DNA of 63,765 nt, filler included, from Chrysochromulina tobinii (Eukaryota): NCBI GenBank assembly GCA_001275005.1. It is 8 parts of 8 records of this genome, joined end to end, with 100 filler letters (N's around TTAATTAATTAA, not from the genome) between each part and the next. Parts side by side here need not be neighbours in the genome. Positions count along the whole stretch, not along the records: positions 35,997 to 49,571 come from JWZX01000691.1; positions 49,672 to 61,996 come from JWZX01000694.1; 6 more parts are not named here. One strand, given 5' to 3'. Numbering within the stretch: the stretch's first letter is position 1; each line of letters opens with the position of its first letter. The notes under the pieces were generated by a model, which did not search any database, was not told the origin of the DNA, and saw only the letters and a list, made by a program, of their open reading frames with translations. The position numbers were made by a program, and so were the translations under genes. Of this stretch, positions 43,505 to 54,107 are shown piece after piece.

Positions 43505-45154
43505 TCATATCCCCCGCCCATCTCCTCGACCGGGCTCAGCTTCTCTGAGGTCCTCCCGAGGTCCGTTGTGGCGTTTCATCTCTGGGCTCAGCTCCTCCAC
43601 CTTTGTAGAATCAGTTTCATATTCCGCGGTCTTCATGGGCTTGTTTCTCGGCGAAAGCTCAGTGCCGCCCGTCTCGACGCCCGACGTTCCCAAGGGCTTA
43701 CGAGGGCTGCGAGGACGACCATCGGCCGCCCCATCAGCTTCGGCGCCGCGTAGTAAGTCACCCGACGTTTTGGCGCGGTGCAGGCCGTTCGACGGGCCGG
43801 CACGGTTGTCGTTGTTCGGCGCCATGCCGATCATAGCGAACGGTCTTGGGAGCAGGGACCCCTTTGGGTGCATGAGCTCATTGATCATGTTGTCGCGGGA
43901 GTGCGTGTACTCGCGGCTGCGTCTCTCATCCCTAGCTCTCTCATGCAGTCGCTCCCCCGGCAGGACGCGGTCCGTTTGCAGCCGGGGCAAGTCGAGGCCG
44001 CCAGTGGTGAGCGCGCGCGAGATGCTCGCCCGCCGGTGGTCGACGTCCGGGCGGTCGCCTGGACTGACACCGTCGAAGTTGCCGTGGGGCCGAGCGGGCC
44101 ATGCGTCGCCCTCCCGATGGCCTGGCCCTCCGGTGTTATCAGTGACGGCGGCGACGATGGTAGGGCTGACGCTCGCGTCAGCAATATAGGCGAGGCCGAT
44201 GAGCACCATCAGCATGCCACCCACGTAGAGCAACCAGCCCCAGTAGCCCACGCTCGTCGCCTCGTGCAGCAAGGTGAACTCCTGGAAGAAGACGCCGCCG
44301 GCAATGCCGCCAAACGCGATGTACGAGCCCACCATTAGCGGGATGATGATGAGCGGATCGTAGAGCGTGAGGCATTCGGTGAGCTTGAGGCCCCATAGGC
44401 AGCCAGTGGCGACGACAAGGAAGAGCTCCACGTACACCAGCCAAGACGTCCACACCGAAATCGGATCCTCGGTCATCACCGCGAGCAGCACGGAGATTGC
44501 CTTGCTGTGCACGATCACCTGCGCGCCGCCGATGAGCGAGCAATAGATCGAGTAGCACACAGGCAGCAGCGCCGGATGCGGGGGCGGCACGCCCGTCAGC
44601 TTCCAGCGCCTCCGGTAGAAGCGGTGCGCCGCAAAACAGGTGCCGGAGATCGACATCGTGAAGGCCAGATAGACCCACCACCCAAAGCTTCCCCAGTACG
44701 ACATCATGTCCGCTGGCGAGTGGCATGCGCTCGGAGCTCCGAACGCGACGCTGAGGCACGTGCCTATGATAGCTATTAGCACGCCCATCTGCATGCGGAA
44801 TCCCACGCGGATCTTGTTGACCAAGTTGTTCCACACAACATTGGTCACAAACTGAAGCGACTCGATGGGCACCAGGATGCTGGCAGGCGCGAGGGCCAGC
44901 GCACCGAAATTGATGAGGCAGAAAAGGATGAAGATGATCAGGCCGATTTGCCATCGTTTGGATCGCCACGGCTGCGAGAAATAGATCGGGTCAAGCTCTT
45001 TGATGCCCATCGCCTGAATGTTCTGGCCGACGTTGATCCCTATGGAGCCGGCGGTTCCCATGAGAATACCGACGCCGAGGCCCCATTCGGGCATCGTGGT
45101 GCATGTGAATTCGGCTGGTGCAAGAGAAGCGTTGCTCAGCAACTCCACCGCCAT
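43505..45154 (-). CDS. NIPA-family (DMT superfamily) Mg2+ transporter-like protein
   Basis: GSIGINVGQNIQ, WQIG...INFGALALAPASILVP, LYDPLIIIP, GGVFFQEF and about 9 TM helices. Confidence 0.85.
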   Translation of the reverse strand: MAVELLSNASLAPAEFTCTTMPEWGLGVGILMGTAGSIGINVGQNIQAMGIKELDPIYFSQPWRSKRWQIGLIIFILFCLINFGALALAPASILVPIESLQFVTNVVWNNLVNKIRVGFRMQMGVLIAIIGTCLSVAFGAPSACHSPADMMSYWGSFGWWVYLAFTMSISGTCFAAHRFYRRRWKLTGVPPPHPALLPVCYSIYCSLIGGAQVIVHSKAISVLLAVMTEDPISVWTSWLVYVELFLVVATGCLWGLKLTECLTLYDPLIIIPLMVGSYIAFGGIAGGVFFQEFTLLHEATSVGYWGWLLYVGGMLMVLIGLAYIADASVSPTIVAAVTDNTGGPGHREGDAWPARPHGNFDGVSPGDRPDVDHRRASISRALTTGGLDLPRLQTDRVLPGERLHERARDERRSREYTHSRDNMINELMHPKGSLLPRPFAMIGMAPNNDNRAGPSNGLHRAKTSGDLLRGAEADGAADGRPRSPRKPLGTSGVETGGTELSPRNKPMKTAEYETDSTKVEELSPEMKRHNGPREDLREAEPGRGDGRGI

Positions 45155-45284
45155 GCGCGTCCTCGCGTCCCCGCGCGCCCTGCGGTCCCCGCTCGCCTCT
45201 CGTCCGCAGGATTCGGTTGGCAACCAACTGAGTTGTCTCTCTGCCCGTGTGTGTCTGCGGAAAAAAACGTGAACGTGTTTTCCC

Positions 45285-45397
45285 ACAGTGATTTCGGTAA
45301 AAAGACACCGGGGGGAGCCGGGACACACACGGGACACGCGGACGCACAAAGGCACACGGACCGCACAGACGAGCCTCACAACAGTGATTTCGGTAAA
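45285..45397. mobile_element. Short interspersed insertion with 17-bp flanking direct repeats (copy 1)
   Basis: acagtgatttcggtaaa at 45285-45301 and 45381-45397; the body is nearly identical to 47788-47860. Confidence 0.6.
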
Positions 45398-45678
45398 CTT
45401 GGTCGCGTTGGTTGATTGGCGGTTCATCAAACTACACAAACGGCAGCCTGGTGAGCGCGACATCCCGGTCCCTGCTAAAGCTAGACCAGGCTCTAAATCG
45501 CGCCGGTGGGTGGGCGGGGACACATACGCATCGATATTCGAAAGTCCGACCACCGCGACGGCACGCGGAGCCGCCGGGGGAACTTGCAACGCCGACGGGC
45601 CGTCGGCAATGTTATCCGTTGGCGAACGCAGTCGATATCAGTCTGTATGAGTGTTTAAAGAGGGAGTGATGTGGAAAC

Positions 45679-45775
45679 TTAAAGGAATTTTCCATTTTCC
45701 GAAACGAACGCGACGACGTTCCAACAGCATTTCGGGCGGCCCGAAAGCGCAGACATACCTTCTTTTATTTCTTCT
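45679..45775. repeat. Dispersed short element with hairpin (copy 2)
   Basis: Shares ttaaaggaa and tttccgaaacgaacgcgacg with 14145-14230. Hairpin tttcgggc-g-gcccgaaa at 45730-45746. Confidence 0.7.
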
Positions 45776-46243
45776 TTTGACTTAATCGTCAATTGCTCAA
45801 TTCGTGATTCGTCTTTCGTCGGTCATTGTGGGAATTTGTGGGAATGTATGGGTTGTAAGTAAGTAAGTAAGTAAAACCATGCCAACAGGCAGCGCACACG
45901 TGGCGAGGGGGACATCCCCAGGCATACTAAGCGTGTGCGGTGTTCGGAATGTGGGTTGTGGCGGCAGCACAGCGCGCACGAGGCGCGACGGGCCGGTTAC
46001 CCCCGGTTTTTACGAATTTTAGGTTAAGGTTATAGGTTTTGGCATGGGTTTTGGTTAGTTTTGTCGTGTGGGAGTTGGTTCTAAAGTTGGTGTCGACCAG
46101 GGGAGTCTTCCCTTTTAAACTGTGTCTCGACAGTTTCTCGAGGTCTCCTCAGGTATGGTCAGCCGCTGAGACCCGCGGAATGGGCCGTCGTTGGTGGCCC
46201 GCGGAAACGCACTGCCTTCACGCTTCTCAGCTCACGGGAGGGA

Positions 46244-47647
46244 TCAGCTCTTTGCGAGGAGGCCGGTCCCTTCGTTAGGCTCTCTGCGGCTACCGCTGCG
46301 CCACAAATTCCAGTATCGCAATGAACCGGTCATGGCCGTCAAGACAAACCACACGTATAGCACCACAAAGATGCGCGGCGCGGCGTTCGCGTCGAGGCCG
46401 GTCCTCGAGGTCGCCCCCGTGTCAGGAAATGACAGCCGCGCGGCCCACTCCTGGATGGGCGTGATCGTGATCAGAAAGAGCCCCTGAAGCCCATATACCA
46501 GCCCCGATACAACGCCAAACAGGTAGGGTGGCGCATGGGTAAATGCAATTGAAAACGGCAGAGCGTTGGTGATGAGGTTGAAAAGAAAGGTGAGCATCAC
46601 TTCACCAACGATCTGGGCTGCAAAGAGGGGCGTCGCAACGGAAACGAAGAAGAAGGTGGAAGCTATGTCGAGCAGAAACCAAAAGCCGCGACTGCCCATC
46701 CCCTCCGCCGCGGCGCCCCAAATGAGAAGGGCGACACACCCTCCAAAAGCAAAGATGAGTGAGGAGAGGTTGACGAGAAAGGAGGCATCCGACGAGCCAA
46801 AAAGCGCGAGGTATAGCTGGTACTGGTGCACTAGTATGGACGTTACCAGCATGTACATCGCCAGGACATGCAGCGTGTCGAGGCTGAGCTCCGGTTTCTC
46901 GCAAAAGAGGCGGCACGCGACACGGAGGTCTTGCCAGTACTTGGAGAGGGCGCGCCAGAGGCAGCCTTCGTCTCCTGCGCCTTCTTTCCCGCCCGACCCG
47001 CTTCCACCCTCTTTGGTGTCTGGGATTCCAAGTCCATCACGCTCCGCCTTGAATTGGCTGAGCGAAGGCAGAATGGCTGAACAGACAGCGCCGCCGACCA
47101 AGGAGAGGACCGCCATTCCAAAAAAGATCTGCCACGAGGACACGTGGAACCTCATATTCAGCTGCGCCGCAAAAATACCGACAGCATCGCCGAGCGCAAA
47201 GGAGCATGACGCCACGGCAGCGACCATGTACGGATGTGATGGAATTTTGATGAAGTAGTACGCCGCGCCCCATGCATTGATATACGACATGATGATGCAG
47301 AAAATGTAGCTCGGATAGAGGAGGTTAACGAGGGAAGGCTGCTGGATTGCGGCGGCCATCCCGAAGAGCCCAGCCGACGCGCCAATGGCTCCGCTGACTG
47401 CCATCACACGTGGCCCAAGATGGTCGTACAAAATGCCCCCCAACATTTGGCTTGCCGTTCCCACTGCCAGCGTGTTCGAGTTAAGAGAATCAAGCTTAGC
47501 GATAGCCTCCGATCGACTCATGTCTGCAAAGACACCGTCGGCGAGCATTATGGGCTCGAGCGTCTGCCATGCGATGATGGGCCCATTCGACACTGCGATT
47601 GCGATTGCCACTACTGCGCACTCGACCCAATGTCGAGAGACGGCCAT
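46244..47647 (-). CDS. MFS transporter (SLC43/LAT3-like)
   Basis: About 12 TM helices, MFS motif A-like GILYDHLGPR and GPIIAWQTLEPIM..DGVF. Confidence 0.8.
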   Translation of the reverse strand: MAVSRHWVECAVVAIAIAVSNGPIIAWQTLEPIMLADGVFADMSRSEAIAKLDSLNSNTLAVGTASQMLGGILYDHLGPRVMAVSGAIGASAGLFGMAAAIQQPSLVNLLYPSYIFCIIMSYINAWGAAYYFIKIPSHPYMVAAVASCSFALGDAVGIFAAQLNMRFHVSSWQIFFGMAVLSLVGGAVCSAILPSLSQFKAERDGLGIPDTKEGGSGSGGKEGAGDEGCLWRALSKYWQDLRVACRLFCEKPELSLDTLHVLAMYMLVTSILVHQYQLYLALFGSSDASFLVNLSSLIFAFGGCVALLIWGAAAEGMGSRGFWFLLDIASTFFFVSVATPLFAAQIVGEVMLTFLFNLITNALPFSIAFTHAPPYLFGVVSGLVYGLQGLFLITITPIQEWAARLSFPDTGATSRTGLDANAAPRIFVVLYVWFVLTAMTGSLRYWNLWRSGSRREPNEGTGLLAKS

Positions 47648-47776
47648 GCAACGCGAGGATCCCTGGGAATGTGTGAACCGAGCACCACACCACACGACGG
47701 GTGTATACTCGTGTACAAAACGTTACAAATATGGAAGGGAATTATTCTGGGTGCCGGTAGAAAACCCCAAAGCGTA

Positions 47777-47910
47777 CAGTACCGGTAAAAAGACACCGGG
47801 GGGAGCCGGGACACACACGGGACACACGGGACACGCGGACGCACAAAGGCACACAGACGAATCTCACTAACCAACCAAACCCACCAACAACACACACCCC
47901 AGTACCGGTA
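47777..47910. mobile_element. Short interspersed insertion with 11-bp flanking direct repeats (copy 2)
   Basis: cagtaccggta at 47777-47787 and 47900-47910; body aaaagacaccggggggagccgggacacacacgggacac... Confidence 0.6.
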
Positions 47911-48299
47911 CCGCGGTAGTCACGATGTCGTAATTCCTCACCCAGTGGGTGGCTGAAGCTGAGCCTCTTCACCAGACGAGACCACAACAGAGGAACGGGC
48001 AACAGCCACGCAGAGCCCCAATTGCAGAGCCCAGACTCTAACGGCCAGGCCAGAGGTAGAGAGGTTCCGGGGTCCGGCTCGCACCGCGCTTTTGACCTAT
48101 GCCTTTCGGGATTGCGGGGGGGGAGCACGCGGTTTATACTGTTTTCATGTTTATTCTCGAGACTCTATTCGTCTCGCCGGCGCCAGAGTGACTCAGTCAC
48201 TGGGAGAGTGCCGTACCGCCCCGATCAGATACTCAATAATTCACGCTTTTCGATCTGGCCATTCGCTCCGATCAGGTGCCTTCCCCCACCGCGCATCAC

Positions 48300-49460
48300 T
48301 CACGACGCCTTAGCTTTGCCACTCAGCTCGCCGCAGCCCGAGATCATCGCCGGCTTGCTCGTCCTACCCGAGCCGCTACCCACCTGCTCGAGGGCCTTGA
48401 CCACCTCTAGGCCCGCGGTGACCTTGCCGAAGACCACGTGCTTGCCGTCGAGGTGCGGCGTTCTCGCGACAGTGATAAAGAACTGCGAGCCGTTGGTGTT
48501 TGGACCCGCGTTGGCCATCGAGAGTAGGAAGGGCTCCGAGTGCCCGATGACGCCTTTATCGAACTCGTCCTCAAATTTCTCGCCGTAGATAGACTCTCCG
48601 CCAGTGCCGTTGCCGCGCGTGGTATCGCCGCCCTGGATCATAAAGCCCGGGATGATGCGGTGGAAGGGGCTGCCCTTGTAGTGCAGCGGCTTGCCTGACG
48701 GGCCGTTGCCCTTGTCGCCCGCACAGTGCGCGCGGAAGTTTTCGCACGTCTTTGGCGCAACCGAGGTGAAGAGCATGAACACGATACGTCCGGCGGGCTC
48801 TCCGCCGATGCTCACGTCAAAGTACACGTGCGGGTTGCTCTCCGGCGCGGACGCGTCGGTGAGCGACACGGCCGGGCCCTTGGCGCCGCCGCCGCCGCCG
48901 CCGCCGATCAGGTTCCACAACACGTAGGCGACAACAGCGATGATGAGCCAGGTGGTTGGCGCCATGAAGTCGATGCCAAACATCTCGTACTTTGACGGCT
49001 CTTGCACTTTGATCAATTCAAGCTCGAAGACGAGCACCGAGTGCTTCGGGATGCGCGGCGGCGATCCACGGGCACCGTACCCCAGATTGGACGGGATAGT
49101 GATCTCCCACTTGTCACCTGGCCGCATCAATTGGAGTGCCTCGGTCCAACCCTTGATGACCTGGCTCGGCTTGAAGGTTGCCGGCTTGCCGCGCTTGATT
49201 GAGCTGTCGAACTCGTTGCCATTCAGCAGCGTGCCCTTGTAGTGGCACACGCACGGCGAATTGGCTGTGGGGTGCGAGCCGCCGTCGCCGCTGCGCAGAA
49301 CCTTGTACTGTAGGCCGCTCGGCAACGTGATGACGCCAGGGGCCTTGGCATTGGTCGCGAGGTGCTCATTCTCCATCGCAATGCGCGCCTCCTCGTCGTC
49401 GGCGGCGACGAGCGAGAGCACGCCCAATATGATTGCGCCCAATAGCCGCATGTTCTTCAT
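48300..49460 (-). CDS. Dual immunophilin: signal peptide, FKBP PPIase, TM helix, cyclophilin PPIase
   Basis: FKBP motifs [30 protein letters not shown] and [24 protein letters not shown]. Cyclophilin motifs [37 protein letters not shown] and [10 protein letters not shown]. Confidence 0.93.
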   Translation of the reverse strand: MKNMRLLGAIILGVLSLVAADDEEARIAMENEHLATNAKAPGVITLPSGLQYKVLRSGDGGSHPTANSPCVCHYKGTLLNGNEFDSSIKRGKPATFKPSQVIKGWTEALQLMRPGDKWEITIPSNLGYGARGSPPRIPKHSVLVFELELIKVQEPSKYEMFGIDFMAPTTWLIIAVVAYVLWNLIGGGGGGGAKGPAVSLTDASAPESNPHVYFDVSIGGEPAGRIVFMLFTSVAPKTCENFRAHCAGDKGNGPSGKPLHYKGSPFHRIIPGFMIQGGDTTRGNGTGGESIYGEKFEDEFDKGVIGHSEPFLLSMANAGPNTNGSQFFITVARTPHLDGKHVVFGKVTAGLEVVKALEQVGSGSGRTSKPAMISGCGELSGKAKAS

Positions 49461-49571
49461 TTTTTACGCAATGCGCACGGCTTTTTTCCGGTGCTGGTGG
49501 AACGATAATAAAAAAATTGAAAAAGAGGGGAGAAAGAGGGGGAAGACTGAACTAGGATATGTACATGTAAG

Positions 49572-49671
49572 NNNNNNNNNNNNNNNNNNNNNNNNNNNNN
49601 NNNNNNNNNNNNNNNTTAATTAATTAANNNNNNNNNNNNNNNNNNNNNNNNNNNNNNNNNNNNNNNNNNNN
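49572..49671. other. Artificial contig linker
   Basis: N-TTAATTAATTAA-N. Confidence 0.98.
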
Positions 49672-50245
49672 TCTTCTAGCCTTCCCTGGCGCCCTGGGGC
49701 GCCTGCGGCGCCGTTTTCTTTTTTTTCTTTTCCGCCCCACACTACGGAAAAAAAGCCGACTTGTCCGCACACATACGTGATATTTCACGATTCACCCTGC
49801 ACCGACTGCCATCGCGGTGTAATCGCGGTGCGTGTCATGTGTTTAATCATGTGTGTGGCGGAACATATCCGATATTCCGCTATTCGACAACGTTGCGACA
49901 ACGCGTATAGTCCCCGTACCGCCGCCTCGACGCTCCCACATTTCGTGTCCCGCGGACCCGCGCGGCATGGTCGATCCGATGTTGAGATTCTATCTATAGC
50001 GGCGCGGAGATCAAACTGCCTGCATGTGAGCCTCATGGTCCGGCACCATGATGGAGTCGCATGTCTATCCCTACAAAGTCTGCGTGTGCGATTCGGATCA
50101 CATATGCGCGTACTCGAACCGCGGATGGACTACCGCATGCCCCCCCTCTGCTTTGCCCTTTGTCTTTACCCGTGGTCGCGCGGAATCTGGATGCATGAGA
50201 AAGGCTGTGACTCTTCCTCCAGCGCGCGGCACCATATAAGGCGCT

Positions 50246-51583
50246 CTACTTGCGGCTGGTAGTGCACGAGAACATCGAGAACAATCTGAAGAGGGCTTGG
50301 ACCAGATCGTTATCTGACTCAGTATTGTCGGCCAACTGGCGATCCCAAGAGACACTCCTCTTCCTGCGCTGCGCACTCGCCCCGTTGAGGAAGCGCAGCT
50401 GAATATGCGGGTTGGCTTCGGAGCATCTGAGCCCGGCGCTCGCAAAGAAGCGTAGGTGCGGGTTGGCCGCGGACGTGGCGAACGCACCAGCACCTCGAGC
50501 GGCGTAGCGCATCAGGTCCATCTCTGATGCAGACGTCCTGATGGCAGGGCGCACGTGGATGGACGGCTGGATGCGAGGCGGGGGCGAGGGCGGCTGGAAA
50601 TCATCTTCCTCTTGCACTTCCTCCGACCCTCCATCCTCTGCCTCTAGGTCTGTCTGCTGGTCTGCTGGTCTTACTTCCTGGCCTGTCTGCCTGTCTGCCC
50701 CTTCTTGGTCTGTCTGCTGGTCTGACTCTTCGTCTGACCCCTCGTTGTTGTTGTTCGAACGAGGACGACGAGGTCGAGGAGAAAGTTGTTGTTCCTCCTT
50801 GTCGAGCGTGGGTCGCTGGAGTGAGCTTGTGAGTAGGTCGGGAGCGTCGAATGGCGCTGGCAGGAAGTCCTCGCACGCGCTCGAAACATGCGGTTCTTCG
50901 GCGTCCTGAAGGACCTCGTCTATAAGGGGGCGATCCGAGCCGCCATGCTCGCTCGGGCTGTTGCCGTTACCGTTGCCGTTTGGGTGGTGCCCCCTGGTCG
51001 GGTAGATGCCCTTGATGTCCATGCTGTTCGAGTCATTCATACACATGTTCTTACGATTCGGGCCATTATCGGTTGCGCCATCACAGCTCGCGTCGTCACC
51101 GTTCGTGTCGTGCGTTCCTGTCAGTGCAAATGAGTGCATCCTGTTTGGCGGCTCGGTGGCTAGTGCCTTTGTCAAGATAGCCTGCGCTAGTGCGTTTGCG
51201 AGTGCCTTTTCTCGGATTCGCTTGGTGCAGAGACGTGCGAGCTTGGATCTGATGCCCGCCTGCAGCTTGATGACGCAGGCATGACGCACAGCGCTTTCCA
51301 AGATGGCCTTGAAGCAGGAGAAGAAGTCGTCCCTCTGTAGGTTGCCCTCCCCACTCTTATCGCAGAGCCGCACCAGCTTGCGAATCCGGTCTACAGGTGG
51401 CAGCTGAAGGTGCATCTCTGCCGAGATGCGTCGGATCAGGTCGACGACCTCCTCCAGGTCCATGACGCCATCTCCATTATGGTCCGCGGTGACAAAAGTG
51501 GCCCTTGCGTAACGTTGCCTTTCCTTTTTGTTCATCAATAATGTTGTGGCCCATCTGAATGCTGTCTTATTGCTCGATTCCAT
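50246..51583 (-). CDS. EF-hand pair plus IQ motif protein with low-complexity tail
   Basis: DHNGDGVMDLEE, DKSGEGNLQRDD and IKLQAGIRSKLAR. Confidence 0.75.
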   Translation of the reverse strand: MESSNKTAFRWATTLLMNKKERQRYARATFVTADHNGDGVMDLEEVVDLIRRISAEMHLQLPPVDRIRKLVRLCDKSGEGNLQRDDFFSCFKAILESAVRHACVIKLQAGIRSKLARLCTKRIREKALANALAQAILTKALATEPPNRMHSFALTGTHDTNGDDASCDGATDNGPNRKNMCMNDSNSMDIKGIYPTRGHHPNGNGNGNSPSEHGGSDRPLIDEVLQDAEEPHVSSACEDFLPAPFDAPDLLTSSLQRPTLDKEEQQLSPRPRRPRSNNNNEGSDEESDQQTDQEGADRQTGQEVRPADQQTDLEAEDGGSEEVQEEDDFQPPSPPPRIQPSIHVRPAIRTSASEMDLMRYAARGAGAFATSAANPHLRFFASAGLRCSEANPHIQLRFLNGASAQRRKRSVSWDRQLADNTESDNDLVQALFRLFSMFSCTTSRK

Positions 51584-52123
51584 CGGCACCGACGATGCGC
51601 GAGCAGCAGTAGCAAGGAATGAACAGGAATTGTAAGCCAGCCAAATTTGCTAAATATGGTTATGCCGAATGAAATTCAGAGTCAAGTCAAGTCAAGTCAT
51701 CACGTCTTGACTTCAGTGACTTGACGTGACTTCACGTGACTTCAGTCCGAATTTCCCGCCACATGATTGCTGACGAACACAATTTTTACAAGTAGACGAT
51801 CTCCGCTCCTGGAGTGCTCCTGGTGGCGCTGGCGGACACGGGTCGAAACCTGATCTCCAAAAACACTAAAGGGTTTCGGGACGAAACTCGAGCCAGAGGT
51901 TTCCCCTGTTGAGTTTCCGTCTGTTACCAGCGTATCCGCTCAATAAACAAAATCGGCTCTAACTACTAACACCAACACGCTTTTTCAAACGGACTTTCAC
52001 GTTTCACAGAATCGAAGTTCGGAAATCCGTAATCCCACATACTCAGGTAGTTAACAACAAACCACCCCAAACCCTAATTTCGAATTATGCAAGGAAACGA
52101 AGACTGCATTCGGAAGATGCCGC

Positions 52124-53267
52124 TCACGATGGCCCTCTCTGCCGCTTGGCCGCTGGTCCTTCAGTGGTCGTTGGCGGCGGTTCGCGGTCGGCCGCCTCGA
52201 GCATGCGGATGACCTCCACGGACGCGGCCATCTCCTTGGTGTACTGCGCGACGTAGCCGACGATACGCTCGGCTTCCCACGTTCGGCTCGGCGTGGGCAG
52301 CGCTCGCTCGCTCGGACTGAGGCGCAGCACCCACGACTGAGCCTCGAGGGCGACCGCGTTCGACTTGGCGAGAGTGCGCTGCGCATTCGGCAGCGGCGTG
52401 TCGAAGCCATACAGGCTGCGCACCTGGCGCACGGCCGCGGGGCTCACGCCATTTGGTGCTCGAGAGGGCGAGGTACTCCAACTGCTTGAACACGCGGCCG
52501 TACGGCGTGCCCTTCTCGACGATGGCCACGAGCTTGCCCCACGCCCCGCGTCTGTGAGTCGCACGCTAGAGAGCTCGAGCCAACGGAGATCGGGCACGCC
52601 CCAGCCCAGGCAGGCTCGGGTCCGGATGACGCGTGTAGTACGTGAGGTAGTCGAGCGCCGCGTCGGTGAGCGGCGTGCACGCGAGGGAGAGGCGCTCGAG
52701 CCGCGTCAGTGGCAGCACAGCCGACACGGCTGCGTCCGTTAAGCGCGACAAGCCCGTCAGGTTGAGCGAGGTGAGCGTGGAGCAGCGCGAGAGGCGCGCA
52801 ACGCCCGCGTCGCCCACGTCCGTCCACGACACGTCGAGCACCGCCAACGCCGGCAGCCGTGCCGCAAAGTCCATGCCCTCGTCCCCGACGAAGCGGCAGC
52901 CTGTCAGGCGCACCGAGCGAAGAGAGCCGACAGAGCCGAGTGATCCGAGCGACGCGTTGGTCAGCCACTTGCCCGCATCGGACAAGTCGAGGGCCTCGAT
53001 GCGCCAGCACGCGCGCACGAACGGGAACATGTCGGCGCAGCTCGGCGAGCGCTCGTGCCGCTTGAGCAGCGCACGCACCTCCTTCCACACGACCTTCGAA
53101 AGCTCCACTGGGAGCCCATCGAGTACCGAGCGTGACGAGCTCGCCCAGCCTCGTGAGAGCGCGGCGGCGGCCAGCTGGGCGAGCTGCGGGAAGCCGCCCG
53201 GCTCGGCAGCAGCAGCCACCGCCGACGCAGAAGAGTCAGCGGGCTCTGCCACAGCCGTGAGCGTCAT
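52124..53267 (-). CDS. RNI-like/FBXL-type LRR protein; four apparent homopolymer frameshifts near 52600, 52537-52547 (two) and 52453
   Basis: LxxLDLS/LxxLNL repeats with 'T.VGDAGV' and 'LTDAA'. Removing single bases from G4 and A3 runs joins ORFs 53267, 52597 and 52529. Confidence 0.75.
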
Positions 53268-53299
53268 CGCGCCGACGAGTCGCCGCTTGCTGGGCCGCT

Positions 53300-53458
53300 C
53301 TATCGCGGCCGGACGATTCCGATACGGGTGTCCTTCTCGGACTGCTTCGCGTCCTTGGAGTCTGCCTGCTCCGGCTGCTTTCCCTTATTCTTTTGCGCGA
53401 AGTACTCTTCGCGGTCGTCGGGCTTGAGCTCGATGCGGGTGGGCTTGCGGCGAAGAAT
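53300..53458 (-). CDS. CDC26: APC/C subunit CDC26 (APC12)
   Basis: xLRRKPTRIELKPDDREEY matches the CDC26 N-terminal signature MLRRKPTRIEL; the first codon reads ATT. Confidence 0.75.
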   Translation of the reverse strand: MLRRKPTRIELKPDDREEYFAQKNKGKQPEQADSKDAKQSEKDTRIGIVRPR

Positions 53459-54107
53459 TTCTGCTGTTCTTTGCGGGGGAGTTGGCCCTCTCCTGTGCAC
53501 AAATAAGGAACGAGTTAGATGGTAAGAGCAACGGATGACAAGTTGGTGGTCCAACGCGCGCGCAAGATATTGATCCCGACATCGACCTTTACTCTCGGCG
53601 CACTCACTCGAAGTTTTCACACCTGTGATTTGCTGTGAAAGTGATCGAACTTCACCCGGAGACGGCGTTCTTGCTTCATAAAATAGTGGTTCAGCACGGC
53701 AGGTGAAGGCGCGCAATCCCGGCTTCACCTGGCGCAGGACTGGCGGTGTTGGGCTGTTTTTCAGAAAATGTCAGCCTGTGGCTAAGTGTCACCAAGAACA
53801 AGACCAACCGCACGGTTTCTCACAAATGGTGGCCGTTCGACCCGCGCATGTGTGCTACTACATAACTTGTAACTACTCGCCGCACGCCCTCTTCACCGCC
53901 TCGCATGCGTCCGTAAACGGGACGATGTCCACAAGGCTGGCGTTGTCGTCGCTACTTCGCCGGCGCAGCCGCGCGCAAGCACGCTGCATGGGAGCGTACG
54001 TGCTTGCGCAGGTGGAGACTGTCACTTCGATGTCCGTGCTGTGATTGGGCCCGACCGCAGGCTGTGCGTTGCACACCTCCGACGTGTTGCATGCATGCAT
54101 TGTGGAG

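Noticed and set aside
52440..52610. Programmed frameshifting in the LRR gene
   Set aside because: All shifts are single extra bases in G or A homopolymers, typical of sequencing error. The same caution applies to the indels at 13630, ~55085 and in the Helitron.
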